A stretch of DNA of 64,000 bases from a virus (lineage: Duplodnaviria; Caudoviricetes), in IMG/VR virus record IMGVR_UViG_3300021373_001027, positions 1,381 to 65,380 of that record; one strand, 5' to 3'. Below, one piece after another: positions 63,801 through 64,000 of the stretch. The notes under the pieces were generated by a model. It saw nothing but the letters and a program-made list of their open reading frames with translations, was not told where the DNA came from and searched no databases. Position numbers and translations under genes: made by a program. Each line of letters starts with the position of its first letter. The first letter of the stretch is position 1.

Positions 63801-64000
63801 AAGTCATCAAACCTATCCCAGTCTCCAGCCGCTTCAGCTTCCAGAAGCTCGTCAAGAATCTGCTCTAACGTTCGATCACTTTCGCTACTTTCGCTACTTT
63901 CGCTACTTTCGCTACTTTCGCTACTTTCGCTACTTTCGCTACTTTCGCTACTTTCGCTACTTTCGCTACTTTCGCTACTTTCGCTACTTTCGCTACTTTC
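60890..64000 (-). CDS. Large acidic Cys-rich repeat protein (>1036 aa, 5' end outside window)
   Basis: Frame stays open upstream of ATG 63619 to the window edge: (ESS)n...DCHIRYIPTGLVWDMCE; ~12 four-Cys repeats. Confidence 0.8.
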   Translation of the reverse strand, partial: ESSESSESSESSESSESSESSESSESSESSESSESSESSESDRTLEQILDELLEAEAAGDWDRFDDLAEEYAILAGQQAPVIVDPVTEVDPLSDGECSNNVNDPDCWEAVEGNDCHIRYIPTGLVWDMCENIEVIEEPVTEVTEVIEEPVVVITDEPCPDGGDIYNSDCYEKIDECTIRYKPTGVDYDVCPEGNGDSTTVLEPNEQINQLCGDYEMVTQPDADGCFTARCKDGGENDGKEYQVCESNLGGPTGEPCPDGGDINNSDCYEGITDCIIKYKPTGQYFDICDEDPDPDPDPDPDPDPDDPKVGDPCTTNGVQGTLQPDPDAMTFGGAAPLKCIPNETTEEVTEEVTDEGCPAGQVKVPTSQNPDGTWNTTCVAFEPPSPVGCPAGKIDDGNGNCIDPPPEGCPAGQMDDGNGNCIDKCEDPSRLQDPTGGCGECAGDLIEDSEGNCVAKCTDPDSSTYGEAGECGPCNEGFEKVNGICTEIGGSTTVDPIDEVEPTCTDQNSSTYGQEGECGPCNADYERDPNSGQCEAVGDNTSLCGDPNATVDSVTKRCGPCKEGYTKSLVTGLCEADNDDGPDEPDEPVESADCEALNRDEDPNGGCLGCKAGFTENEDGDCVADGDTSDGATCDDINSTTYGEAGSCGPCKAGFTTDATGKCVEKCTDPNALEGAFGACGECVTGYVKDPDTGICVEAEADDGDGDGTDDGQGETCDDENATTNLDGSCGPCKEGFVKNQTTGKCVGACNDPNKEQDPNGGCKEGDGDNGTGDGTCGDPNSSTYGQEGECGDCNAGYVKDADGNCQGVGECGDPNSSTYGQQGACGECNAGYEKDANGICQEQGTGGTCDDPNATVTADGYCGPCEEGFIRTGLGFGGEATGNCVGECNDPNAIQLDEGGCGDCKAGFTFDFTLERCVGDGNGNGDGDGDGDGEQGEGSDPATQISAAARTNTSTVPPTAPAIESYEYSGPLDELMRELGVAGGQAQTGQTVGASQQEAELDSYIDDLLYGNGADTTYDYDTESDVDDFLNSLGL
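63087..63130. repeat. 6-bp tandem repeat encoding (DP)n linker
   Basis: TCTGGG x ~7. Confidence 0.9.
63878..64000. repeat. 9-bp perfect tandem repeat encoding (ESS)n
   Basis: ACTTTCGCT x >=13, running off the window. Confidence 0.95.

Overview
The window is almost a whole tailed dsDNA phage genome (podovirus-like, P22-type portal and ejection-protein architecture, apparently lytic; no integrase or RNA polymerase seen), opened inside the virion module. Minus strand 31772->1: terminase, portal, GroES-like co-chaperonin, scaffold, Mu-gpT-like major capsid protein, decoration and adaptor proteins, small basic proteins, two S74-chaperone tail fibres with an adhesin, a phosphoesterase, the lysis genes and a head-closure protein running off the left edge. 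Minus strand 64000->50714 continues that module: a >1000 aa Cys-rich repeat protein and internal/ejection proteins including a 2084 aa polyvalent protein. Plus strand 32332->50629 holds early and replication genes (DUF3150-like, MoxR-type AAA, VWA/HExxH peptidase, VRR-NUC, family-B DNA polymerase, PD-(D/E)XK exonuclease, SNF2 helicase, SSB-like, primase-helicase). The most notable signals are non-coding. (1) A candidate ~70-nt sRNA at 50644-50715 has its own promoter and terminator and a core antisense to the RBS and start codon of at least four early genes. (2) Eight dispersed AGTTATAC-N4/5-GTATAAC palindromes sit mostly at early-gene boundaries. (3) A ~480-nt highly structured RNA follows a consensus sigma70 promoter. 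(4) An iteron/IHF origin-like region lies at 33163-33700. (5) A pseudoknotted RNA element follows the capsid gene. All calls come from motif reading by eye; no searches were run.
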